This document shows positions 9,132 through 18,324 of a DNA stretch of 64,000 nt, piece after piece. The notes below the pieces were generated by a model. It saw only the letters and a program-made list of their open reading frames with translations, did no database searches and was not told the origin of the DNA. A program made the position numbers and the translations under genes. Each line of letters begins with the position of its first letter. Position 1 is the first letter of the stretch. This stretch comes from an uncultured Clostridia bacterium (GTDB taxonomy: Bacteria; Bacillota; Clostridia; TANB77; CAG-508): assembly GCA_934141445.1 (NCBI GenBank), contig CAKPCF010000008.1, positions 99-64,098 on the forward strand, read 5' to 3'.

Positions 9132-10373
9132 ATGCGGTACTTCGAATCGGAATTTGTAGTTAACAAAGAGTTGGCAACGAAACTGGTTAAAGAATTTTTT
9201 GCAAGTTTTAATCCTAGAAATGTAATACAATTGGATGGGCAGAGTGCAAAAGTTAAGATTTTCTTTGAGGATGCTCATAAGTGTGGAATTGTTGATATAA
9301 TTGGTGAGGCAAGTGAAATTCAAAAATTCACTTACAAAGGTGATGATGAGGTTCAGGTGATATCTCCGAAAGATGAAGATAAAGAGATACAAGCAGAAGT
9401 TGCTATAGAACCTAAACCGACAGCAGAGCCTAGTGATGTTAAAAAGTCTTCTAAAAGGAGTAAGCGTAAGAGTAAGGCTAAAAGACATCCTACTAAGGCT
9501 AAAGATTCTAATGAACCTGGTATCTACAAATCTACTTCCCAAAGGTTCTATCCTTGGATTGATAAGTTTGCACAAGACCGTTCTGGAGAAGAATTTTTCA
9601 AAGATATTGGACATGAATTAGGTTTTGCAGAAGGAACTTCTGAATGGAAGGAGTATGCTGAAGCAATTAAGATTGCATTAAGAATGACAGAACATCAAAC
9701 ATTTGTTAATTTTGTAAAAAAGCTGGGATTTAATGAAAGAGATAAGCTTATTTCGTTCCGTGGAAAAATTAACGATTCGATTGAAAAACGTTATCAGGGT
9801 AGCACTCTTAAAGGGACTATAGTTATTTCGAGAGTTGTACATTTTCTTAAAGAAAAAGGTTTTTCTTTTGATGAAAGTGATAAGACTGCTGAAAAAAATG
9901 CTGAATCTGATACGAGTGAGGCAGACCCAAAAAACGATAATACGAGTGAGCCTGTTTCCAATGAATCAGATTTAAAAGAGGACCATGTTGTTCCAGAAGA
10001 GAAAAAAGCAAAAGAGCTGTTGCCGAGTTTGCAAAAATCAGAGAAAATCAATCAGATTTTGAATTCGCAATATGATATTCTTGAGCAATTTATTGATGCT
10101 TTAGTGTCAGCAATGATGATTGACAAACCTGAAAATGCAAAGAAAGAAATGAGTAGGGCTTTGAATGTTATTGTAGCTGATACAGAGCAGAAAAAGACTC
10201 TTGATGATGTTGCATGTGAGCTTGGTGGTGAGTCGAAGAAGGGAATTGAACTTCAAATGAAAATTGCTAAGATGGTAAACGATTACCAGAAAGCAAATGG
10301 AAGTAATAAATTGGTAAAGACAGCAAGTTTTTTGAATGAATTGAGAGGAGCATGGATTGAACTTAAAAAATAA
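9132..10373 (+). CDS. Hypothetical protein, highly charged, in a G+C-elevated gene
   Basis: 413-aa ORF with RBS AAAGGA. Lys/Arg patch KKSSKRSKRKSKAKRHPTKAK. I recognise no family motif. Hand-counted samples give 32-39% G+C, against about 26% in the next gene. Confidence 0.7.
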   Translation: MRYFESEFVVNKELATKLVKEFFASFNPRNVIQLDGQSAKVKIFFEDAHKCGIVDIIGEASEIQKFTYKGDDEVQVISPKDEDKEIQAEVAIEPKPTAEPSDVKKSSKRSKRKSKAKRHPTKAKDSNEPGIYKSTSQRFYPWIDKFAQDRSGEEFFKDIGHELGFAEGTSEWKEYAEAIKIALRMTEHQTFVNFVKKLGFNERDKLISFRGKINDSIEKRYQGSTLKGTIVISRVVHFLKEKGFSFDESDKTAEKNAESDTSEADPKNDNTSEPVSNESDLKEDHVVPEEKKAKELLPSLQKSEKINQILNSQYDILEQFIDALVSAMMIDKPENAKKEMSRALNVIVADTEQKKTLDDVACELGGESKKGIELQMKIAKMVNDYQKANGSNKLVKTASFLNELRGAWIELKK

Positions 10374-10387
10374 TACATAGGTTTATA

Positions 10388-10435
10388 GGCAGAGCCCTGT
10401 TTTGGAGTAAATTTACTCCGAATAGGGCTCTTGCC
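10388..10435 (+). terminator. Two-tier GC-rich hairpin after the 9132 gene
   Basis: GGCAGAGCCCT pairs with AGGGCTCTTGCC as the outer stem. It encloses the perfect palindrome GGAGTAAATTTACTCC. There is no long T run. Confidence 0.6.
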
Positions 10436-10438
10436 GTA

Positions 10439-10467
10439 TTTACAATTTACTAATATCGTGGTATAAT
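10439..10467 (+). promoter_or_regulatory. Sigma-A promoter of the 10520 gene
   Basis: TTTACA (10439-10444), 17-nt spacer, TATAAT (10462-10467). Confidence 0.55.
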
Positions 10468-10519
10468 GGCAAATACTTAATATAGATTTATTATTAAAAG
10501 AATAGGATGTAAAAATGCA

Positions 10520-11929
10520 ATGAGAGAAAATATTAAAGAGTTAGAAGACTTAATTCAAAAAGGATATGAATTAGAACTTATGTCTTTTGAACTGGATATT
10601 CCATTAGAAGAATTACAAAGTATAAGAGAAAATATAAATCGAAGAAAACAATTAGCAATTCTTGCAGAAAAAGATGCAATTGATACAAGTATAATAAATA
10701 TGCATACACCATCTGCTACAAAGCCAAAAACTACAGCAACGAACAAAAAACAAAATAAACCATCTAGTAGAACACAAGAAACTGGAACTGAAAGACTAAT
10801 TGGTTTCCAAAAAGTTAGAGCAAAATATTATGAGCTATATGGTGCATCAACAATGCCAGAAAGAACAGAGTTTGTAGAAAATGAAGAACTTAATAAGATT
10901 ATAGATGTATTGGAAGCAAAAGTGCAAGTATTGGAAGGTAGTACAAGAAAAGAAAGAAGACAAGGAGTAAAAATAATTCATGATGTAGTAGATAAAATTT
11001 CAGACCAAGAATTTTCAATTTCACAATTAAAAAGATTAGTTGATATTTTATATAGACCATGCTTAATGAATAATAAGTTGTTTAAAAGAGATACGATTGA
11101 CTATGCCATGTATTCACAAAGAAGAACAATACTCCCAAAATTCATAAATAAAATTATAGCTGAAGTTCCTTACGTAAATACTAAAGAAGAATTAAAAAAT
11201 CTAGAAGGAATGGTAACTCAAGCAATGAAAGATGAAAATCGAGTTTTGGTTGGTAGCTTAGAATTGAAATTAGCAAGTAAAAACAAAGAAATTGATAATA
11301 AAAACTTTGCAAAAATCAATAGCTTAACGCCAGAATTACAAGAAGTGGTTAAAAAATTAGTTGATGGTAATTTAGATTTTCAAGAGGGACAAAAAGCGGT
11401 TGTTGATGAGGCAAATAAAAGATTCGAATTAACAAAAGGAAATAGATTTTCTTTAACAGCAGAGCAACAAGAAAAACAAGTATATTTGAATATTGGAGAT
11501 TATATAGCAAATAATGGAACTAGTTTAAGTATAAAATCTCCAAAAGATTTTATGAAGAAATTTATGGAATTTACAGGTTGCGATTTAGCAAGAGCAATAT
11601 TCGTAACAAGTGAAAATCTTATTAGTGCTACAAGATATGATGAAGCAATGAGCTTATGCAATGATTTCTTAGCTAAAACTGGTCAAGATAGTCCATTAAG
11701 ACCATTATTAAGAAGTAAAATTGGAAAAATAAAGAATGTAATGCTTGGTAAAAGAATTTTAGATGTTATACATGCAAATGATAGTCAAGAAGATAGAAAA
11801 ATGTATAGAGAATTAACAGAATTGATAAGAAGTGAAAAAATAGATACATCTTATGTTCCACTTGGCAAAAACTGTGATGGAAGTAAAAATATACTTTTAA
11901 GAGAAGTTATTACAGATAGAATTAGATAA
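10520..11929 (+). CDS. Hypothetical protein (469 aa, helical/charged)
   Basis: Long ORF with host-like AT-rich composition. No recognisable motif. Confidence 0.7.
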   Translation: MRENIKELEDLIQKGYELELMSFELDIPLEELQSIRENINRRKQLAILAEKDAIDTSIINMHTPSATKPKTTATNKKQNKPSSRTQETGTERLIGFQKVRAKYYELYGASTMPERTEFVENEELNKIIDVLEAKVQVLEGSTRKERRQGVKIIHDVVDKISDQEFSISQLKRLVDILYRPCLMNNKLFKRDTIDYAMYSQRRTILPKFINKIIAEVPYVNTKEELKNLEGMVTQAMKDENRVLVGSLELKLASKNKEIDNKNFAKINSLTPELQEVVKKLVDGNLDFQEGQKAVVDEANKRFELTKGNRFSLTAEQQEKQVYLNIGDYIANNGTSLSIKSPKDFMKKFMEFTGCDLARAIFVTSENLISATRYDEAMSLCNDFLAKTGQDSPLRPLLRSKIGKIKNVMLGKRILDVIHANDSQEDRKMYRELTELIRSEKIDTSYVPLGKNCDGSKNILLREVITDRIR

Positions 11930-11936
11930 AAAATTG

Positions 11937-11983
11937 AAAAAAACTGTAAATAGAATGTTAAATTTTCTATTTACAGTTTTTTT
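11937..11983. terminator. Bidirectional terminator between convergent genes
   Basis: CTGTAAATAGAA (11944-11955) pairs with TTCTATTTACAG (11965-11976). Flanked by an A7 run on the left and a T7 run on the right. Confidence 0.8.
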
Positions 11984-11987
11984 GCAG

Positions 11988-12785
11988 TTATTTTCCAATA
12001 AATAATTCAACTAAAATTTTTCCATATATAGGACTGTTTACAACACCTACGCCAGTATAATTAAAAGTATTACTTAGAATATTATTTTTATGTGTTTCTG
12101 AAGCCATCAATGCTTCAAATGCACCGGAAACACTTGAATTACCAGCAATATTTTCATTAGCGGTTTTATATTTTATGCCACAGTTGTCTAACATTTTATA
12201 TAAATCTCCATAAGTTGGTGATGTGTGTGAAAAATAGTTGTTTTTAACTAAATCTTCTGCTTTTAACCTAGCTGTATTTTGCAATTCTTCATCAATTTCT
12301 AATTCAGGTAAATTATTCTTTTTTCTTTCAGTATTTATTAAATTTATAAATTCTTGTTCATCTTCTGTATAATTTATAAGTGGAGTATCTAATGCTACTG
12401 TTTCATTAGTTTGAGTGCTTGATGTTGCAACCGAAGAAGTTTCAGAAGAAACTTTAAAAGGAGAAGTTGTATCTTCACTACAAGGCTCTACATAGTCACA
12501 ATAGACTGTTCCTATAATATTTTTTTCTGTTTGAATTACATACCAGTTACCAATTTTAGCAAATACTCGTATGTAATCATCCTTTTTTAATAGTCCAACT
12601 GCTTGATATGAAATCCCTGGCCCTCTACGGACATTTAAAGTTGATGCTGTTACTTTAGCATATTCGAAATCTGTTTTTTCATAATCTTCAGTACCAAAAG
12701 AAATTGAGAAAATACTAATACATAATGCAATTAAAATAGAAATTACACAAATAGTGTTTTTGTGTTCAATAAAAAAATCTTTCAT
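11988..12785 (-). CDS. SH3b + CAP/SCP domain protein (YkwD-like, sporulation-associated family)
   Basis: Start MKDFF follows GGAGG. N-terminal TM. SH3_3-like segment (VTASTLNVRRGPGISYQAVGLLKKDDYIRVFAKIGNWYVIQ). CAP domain (INTERKKNNLPEL...YFSHTSPTYG...ENIA...SETHKNNIL). Confidence 0.85.
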   Translation of the reverse strand: MKDFFIEHKNTICVISILIALCISIFSISFGTEDYEKTDFEYAKVTASTLNVRRGPGISYQAVGLLKKDDYIRVFAKIGNWYVIQTEKNIIGTVYCDYVEPCSEDTTSPFKVSSETSSVATSSTQTNETVALDTPLINYTEDEQEFINLINTERKKNNLPELEIDEELQNTARLKAEDLVKNNYFSHTSPTYGDLYKMLDNCGIKYKTANENIAGNSSVSGAFEALMASETHKNNILSNTFNYTGVGVVNSPIYGKILVELFIGK

Positions 12786-12924
12786 AAAAACCTCCAATCT
12801 TGTTTAAATAAATTATCGACATAAAAAAGGTAACTTATACCAAAAATATAAAATCATATAAAAGAAATTTTTACATATTTATAAGATAGAATAAAATGTT
12901 TACTGGAAAGGATTAGATAACATT

Positions 12925-14145
12925 ATGAGTAAGGTAGTTTGTAAGATAATTAGTATCTTTTTAATATGTATAATTTTAGTTCAAGGGATTTGCTTTGCGG
13001 ATGTAGAAAATGAAGAATTAGAGGAGAATATAGAAGTATCTTCTTATGAAGAAAAAAATATTCCAAAAGTAGCTTCAAAACATACAATTTGTATTGAAAG
13101 AAGTACAGAAACAATTTTATTTGAAAATAATGGCTTTGAAAAAACTGCAATGGCATCAACTACTAAGATTATGACTGCGATAATTGCTATTGAAAAAGGT
13201 AATCTTAATAATATTGTAAAGATTTCAAAAAATGCTGCGCAAACAAGAGGTTCAAGGTTAGAATTAAGTGAAAATATGGAAATATCTTTAAAAGATTTAT
13301 TGTATGGTCTAATGCTTCGTTCAGGTAATGATGCAGCTGTTGCAATTGCAGAACATATTGCAGGTAATGTTGAAAATTTTGCAAACTTAATGAATCAAAA
13401 AGCTACGGAAATAGGAATGAAGAACTCTCATTTTGTTACACCAAATGGACTTGATGAAGATGAGCATTATTCAACTGCTTATGACATGGCAATTTTAGCA
13501 AATTATGCTTTGAAAAATCAAACTTTTAGAGAAATTGTTGGAACTAAGAATACTAATATTTCATGGAAAGGAGCAACTAAAAATATATCAAATACAAATG
13601 AATTGCTAGGAAACTATGAAGGAGTATATGGTGTAAAAACTGGTTTTACGTTTAATGCTGGAAGATGCTTAATAACAGCTTGTAAGAAAAATGATTTAGA
13701 TGTAATTGTTGTTGTATTAGGTGCAAATACAAAGAAAGATAGAACAACAGATTCAGTAAAAATATTAAACTATGTAAATAGTAATTATAAAATGAAAGAT
13801 TTATCTTCTATTATAAATAGTAGTTTTAAAAAAGAAGAAGAAAGCTTTTATAATATGATAAGATGTGATAAATTAGTAAATGTACCAAGTATATATTTAG
13901 TTACTGACAGCAATACAACTTTTCCAATATTAAAAAATGAAGAAGCTTATATATCTACAAAGTGCTTTGCATTTAATAAATTTGCTGAAAGTATAGAAAA
14001 AGACACAAAAGTTGGAGAAATGCAGATATATGTTGGAAATAATTTACTTACGAGATATAGTATTTGCTTGAAAGAAAAAGTGGAACGAAAAAACTTTTTA
14101 AATTTTATGTTAGAAATTTTAAAACAGTATAATAATTTGTCATAA
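12925..14145 (+). CDS. D-alanyl-D-alanine carboxypeptidase (S11, PBP5/DacB/DacF family)
   Basis: Signal peptide. SxxK (ASTTK), SxN (SGND) and KTG (VKTGFT) motifs. C-terminal PBP5_C-like region. Confidence 0.9.
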   Translation: MSKVVCKIISIFLICIILVQGICFADVENEELEENIEVSSYEEKNIPKVASKHTICIERSTETILFENNGFEKTAMASTTKIMTAIIAIEKGNLNNIVKISKNAAQTRGSRLELSENMEISLKDLLYGLMLRSGNDAAVAIAEHIAGNVENFANLMNQKATEIGMKNSHFVTPNGLDEDEHYSTAYDMAILANYALKNQTFREIVGTKNTNISWKGATKNISNTNELLGNYEGVYGVKTGFTFNAGRCLITACKKNDLDVIVVVLGANTKKDRTTDSVKILNYVNSNYKMKDLSSIINSSFKKEEESFYNMIRCDKLVNVPSIYLVTDSNTTFPILKNEEAYISTKCFAFNKFAESIEKDTKVGEMQIYVGNNLLTRYSICLKEKVERKNFLNFMLEILKQYNNLS

Positions 14146-14315
14146 AAGCTTGATTTAGAGGGTGAAATGTAATATAATTGTCATATGATGGGTAAATTGT
14201 AGGAACCCTAAAACTACAAGGTTTTAATCTAATGATTACCAGATAATTGGTATTGACTTAAAATGTAGTTAGATTAAAATATAATTATATTACTATGTAA
14301 AGGAAGGATAAATAT

Positions 14316-17300
14316 ATGTTGAAGAGCAAAGTTAAAAAATTGCTAGCAGCTTTATGTATAGTAACAATTATTTTACCATATACATCTGAAGTACTAGCAG
14401 CAAGTTTAACACACGAAACAGAAAAAGCTTTAATTGAAACTTCAAGACTTCATGAAGGTGGAGAAGAATCAAGCGGAACATTATCAGGTGATTATGCATC
14501 TGAATATGATACAAATCCTTATACTTATAGAATCAAAGATACAATCATATTCAAACTTATGCAATCAGGTGATGTAAATTTTGAAGATGCAATGTACTGT
14601 TTGAATGCTGAAAAGTCATTCCCAGGACAAGAAAGTCTAGAATATGAAAACAAAGGTGATTTCAAAGATGCTACAAACTCAAGTGTACAAGCATTAGGAC
14701 TTTCAACTGAAGATTATAAAGCATTAGTTTGGTTAGTAAATAACATCTATTTAAGAAAACAAAATCCAGAATATAAAGATGAATTTTTAGCTAAAGCTTT
14801 TGCAGACAAAATTGAAGAAGAGAAAAATAATATACCACCAACAACAGTTGATTTAATAAAATCAAGATTAACAGATGACGATATTGAAGTTGTTCAACAA
14901 TGGGCTATGTGGTATTTCACAAATAGAAGTGTAGAAAAATATGCATCATTTGGTTCTGTTTTAATTACAGGATTAGATGTAGAAACAATGCAAGAAGTTT
15001 CTGGTAGTTATCTAGATGTAACAGGTTCTGCAATTAGACAAGAATATGCTACAACACTTTATAACTATTTAGTAAAATCAGCAATTGAAGGAAAAGAAGA
15101 AGCTACTGTAACTTATCCAAGTATTGCAGTAACAAACACAGATATTAAAAGTGATGTTGATGGAAAATTCTATAAGGTTGGACCATTTAAAGTTAATAGT
15201 GGTACAGCACCAGCTAGTGCTTATACAATTAAGCTAACTGATGGAGAAAAAGAATTAAGTACAGATAAATATTCAATTTTAATTGAAGGCGAAGATGAAT
15301 TTACTACTAAAAAAGTAAACGAAATTTTTGATAAAAATTATTACATATATTTACCTATAGAAAATAATGAAGTAACAAGAGTTCAACTAAACTTAAATTA
15401 CAACAAATATGAAACAAAAGCTAGTCTATGGGAAACAAACGATAGTAGATATCAACCAATAGTATTAATTACAAAAGAAAATACACCAGTTGAAGAAAAA
15501 GTATTTAAAGATGTAGAAGAAAAAACAGCTGACTTAGCATTAAAGAAATATATTATTTCAGTAAATGGTGAAGAAGTTCGTCGTTCAAATAATACTAATG
15601 CTAACCAACCACTTGTAGATGCTAGAGATTTAGTATCTGGTGGAACTGATGCAAAATATTATGCAGAAAAGTCACCAGTTGAAGTATCTGTAGGTGATAA
15701 AGTTGTTTTTGAAATAAGAGTATATAATGAAGGTCAAATAGAAGGAAAGGCAACACAAATTGTCGACTATTTACCAGAAGGATTAACTCTTACAGAAAAT
15801 AGCGAAATAAATAATAGATATGGTTGGACAGAATCAGCTAATAAAAGAGTTGCTTCAACAACAATATTATCAAATGTAACTATACCAGCATTTAATGTAG
15901 AAGAAAATATAATCACAAGTACATCAGTACAAATTGAATGTACTATTTCTAAAGATTTAAATTCTGGAAAAGTATTAACAAATGTTGCTGAAATAACAGC
16001 AGATGATATAACAGATAGAGATTCAACACCAGGTTCTATTAAACAAGAAGATATAAATACTGAAACATATACAGGAAATAAAGATAACAAACAAGATTTA
16101 ACAGATAAAAATTACAACTACAAGGGTATTGAAGATGATGATGACTTTGAAAAATTAGTTGTAAAAGGTGGAACTTTTGATTTAGCTTTAAAGAAATTTA
16201 TTTCAAGAGTAAATGATAAAGCTACAAGTGGTAGAGAACCAGTTGTAGATGTAAAACCACTTAAAGATGGATTAAAGAATGCAACATATACAGGTTCAAA
16301 AACTCCATTAACAGTAAAAAAAGGAGATATAGTATTATATACAATTAGAGTATATAATGAAGGAACAAATAGCGGATATGCAGAAGAAGTTGCAGATTAT
16401 TTACCAGAAGGTTTAGGTTTCTTAGTAAACCATACAGTAAATATCGATAATTATTGGGCAATTCCAACAGATGGAAAAACAATCAAATTATCAGATATTG
16501 AAAATGGAACAGCAAATTTATCAAAAGATGATTTTACAGGAATAACTGATTTAAAAGATGTAGAAATTGTTACAGGAAAAAATGTTAAATTAACATCTAC
16601 AAAACTTAAATCAAATGCAAGTGATACAAAGAATTTAATCAACGGTTTTGATCCAGAAAATGGAACAGAATTAGATTACAGAGATATTCAAGTTGCTTGT
16701 ATAGTTCTTGCAGATAAAGTAGAAAACAATAACTGCAGAAATATTGCAGAAATTGTAAAACATTCAAACGAAGATAGAGAAGATGTAACAGATAGAGATT
16801 CAACACCAGATACAGTAAAACCAGACAATTATCCAGGTAATGATAAAAATCAAGATGATAATGATTATGAAGATTTAACAATGGAAGAACCAAAAATATT
16901 TGATTTAGCTTTACAAAAATTTATTACAGCATTAAATGGAAATCAAATTACAAACAGAGTTCCAACAGTTACTAAAAATTCAGATGGAACATTAAGATAT
17001 AGTCATTCGTCAGAAGCTTTATCAGTTGCAAATAATGATTTGATTACATATACAATTAGAGTATATAATGAAGGCGAACAAGATGGATATGCAAAAGAAA
17101 TTGGAGATGATATTCCAAGTGGACTTGTATATTTGCCAGATAATGAAACAAACAAAAAATATGGTTGGAAATTATATGATAAAAATGGAGAAGAAACAAC
17201 AGATATAAATCAAGCAGTTTCTGTAAAAACAGATTACTTATCAAAAGCAAAATCAGAAGCTAGAAAAGAAGATAATTTATTAAAAGCTTATGATAAAAAT

Positions 17301-18149
17301 GCAGAAATAAGTACAGAAGCTGGAAAAGCAAATCCAGATTACAGAGATGTACAAATAGTATTCCAAGTTTCTGAAACAAACTTATCAAAAGATACAACTA
17401 AAAAAGAAGATAGACAAATAATAAATACAGCAGAAATTACAGATGATGAAGACAAAGATGGAAATCCAGTAGATGATATTGATTCTACACCAGGAAACAA
17501 TAAAGATGGTGAAGATGATATTGATAAAGAAAAAGTATATGTAAAATATTTCGACTTAGCATTAAGAAAAGATTTAGTAAAAATAATAATTACTGAAGAT
17601 GGTCAAACAAAAGAAATAAATGTTGATGATCCAGATAAACTAATGAAAGTTGAAATAAACAGAAAGAAAATAGATTCTACAGTAGTTAAGTTTGTATACA
17701 AAATAACAATTACAAATGAAGGCGAAATAGAAGGCTATGCTAAAGAGATTAAAGACTATATTCCAGATGGTTTAAAATTTGTTCAAGAAGATAATAAATC
17801 TTGGTCACAAGTTTCAGATAAAGTAATAGTTACAAGTGAACTTGCAAATACTTTATTAAAACCAGGTGAAAGTGCTTCTGTAAATGTGACTTTACAATGG
17901 GAAAATGCAGAAGACAACATGGGACAAAAAGTAAATACAGCTGAAATCAGTAAAGATTATAATGAACATGGTTCAAAAGATATAGATTCAACTCCAGACA
18001 ATAAAGTTGCAGGAGAAGATGATATAGATACAGCACCAGTAATATTAAGTATTTCAACTGGTTCAGAACAACCATATATAGTATTACCAACAGCAGTAAT
18101 TACTATATTAGCAACAGGTGTAGTTTTAATCAAAAAATATGTTTTATAA
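14316..18149 (+). CDS. Surface adhesin: signal peptide, thioester-domain (TQXA-type) head, four repeat modules, C-terminal TM anchor
   Basis: RBS AAGGAAGG. Signal peptide ...SEVLAAS. Cys95 lies in AMYCLNAE (TGT 14598-14600) and Gln195 in VVQQWAMWYF (14898-14900), matching the [YFL]C-hydrophobic-[DNE] and TQxA-hydrophobic-W thioester signatures. The protein ends ...IVLPTAVITILATGVVLIKKYVL. Confidence 0.85.
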   Translation: MLKSKVKKLLAALCIVTIILPYTSEVLAASLTHETEKALIETSRLHEGGEESSGTLSGDYASEYDTNPYTYRIKDTIIFKLMQSGDVNFEDAMYCLNAEKSFPGQESLEYENKGDFKDATNSSVQALGLSTEDYKALVWLVNNIYLRKQNPEYKDEFLAKAFADKIEEEKNNIPPTTVDLIKSRLTDDDIEVVQQWAMWYFTNRSVEKYASFGSVLITGLDVETMQEVSGSYLDVTGSAIRQEYATTLYNYLVKSAIEGKEEATVTYPSIAVTNTDIKSDVDGKFYKVGPFKVNSGTAPASAYTIKLTDGEKELSTDKYSILIEGEDEFTTKKVNEIFDKNYYIYLPIENNEVTRVQLNLNYNKYETKASLWETNDSRYQPIVLITKENTPVEEKVFKDVEEKTADLALKKYIISVNGEEVRRSNNTNANQPLVDARDLVSGGTDAKYYAEKSPVEVSVGDKVVFEIRVYNEGQIEGKATQIVDYLPEGLTLTENSEINNRYGWTESANKRVASTTILSNVTIPAFNVEENIITSTSVQIECTISKDLNSGKVLTNVAEITADDITDRDSTPGSIKQEDINTETYTGNKDNKQDLTDKNYNYKGIEDDDDFEKLVVKGGTFDLALKKFISRVNDKATSGREPVVDVKPLKDGLKNATYTGSKTPLTVKKGDIVLYTIRVYNEGTNSGYAEEVADYLPEGLGFLVNHTVNIDNYWAIPTDGKTIKLSDIENGTANLSKDDFTGITDLKDVEIVTGKNVKLTSTKLKSNASDTKNLINGFDPENGTELDYRDIQVACIVLADKVENNNCRNIAEIVKHSNEDREDVTDRDSTPDTVKPDNYPGNDKNQDDNDYEDLTMEEPKIFDLALQKFITALNGNQITNRVPTVTKNSDGTLRYSHSSEALSVANNDLITYTIRVYNEGEQDGYAKEIGDDIPSGLVYLPDNETNKKYGWKLYDKNGEETTDINQAVSVKTDYLSKAKSEARKEDNLLKAYDKNAEISTEAGKANPDYRDVQIVFQVSETNLSKDTTKKEDRQIINTAEITDDEDKDGNPVDDIDSTPGNNKDGEDDIDKEKVYVKYFDLALRKDLVKIIITEDGQTKEINVDDPDKLMKVEINRKKIDSTVVKFVYKITITNEGEIEGYAKEIKDYIPDGLKFVQEDNKSWSQVSDKVIVTSELANTLLKPGESASVNVTLQWENAEDNMGQKVNTAEISKDYNEHGSKDIDSTPDNKVAGEDDIDTAPVILSISTGSEQPYIVLPTAVITILATGVVLIKKYVL
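15531..17996 (+). repeat. Four tandem protein-repeat modules inside the adhesin gene
   Basis: Modules open with DLAL(K/Q/R)K at aa 406, 622, 863 and 1080. They close with N-x-AEI...D-x-DSTP at aa 567-572, 826-831, 1054-1059 and 1222-1227. Shared core is Y(T/K)I(R/T)(V/I)(Y/T)NEG..GYA.E..DY(L/I)P.GL. DUF11/Cna-B-like by pattern. Confidence 0.7.
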
Positions 18150-18173
18150 TTAAAGTATAAAATAATAAAAAAG

Positions 18174-18206
18174 CTCTCATAAGGATAAAACTTATGAGAG
18201 TTTTTT
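18174..18206 (+). terminator. Rho-independent terminator after adhesin gene
   Basis: CTCTCATAAG (18174-18183) pairs with CTTATGAGAG (18191-18200), then a T6 run. Confidence 0.85.
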
Positions 18207-18324
18207 GATGTAAATTATTCAACATTTTAATCCAATTTATTGCATAAATTTATTTTTTTTACATTTACAATAAAAAATGTATATGTTATAATCAATTTTG
18301 AAATAAAGTAGGAGAGGTGGTAAA

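Noticed and set aside
9087-9614. 175-aa minus-strand ORF overlapping the 9132 gene
   Set aside because: It is antisense to a much longer ORF (413 aa) that has a promoter, RBS and terminator in the + orientation. Raised G+C makes spurious open frames more likely here.
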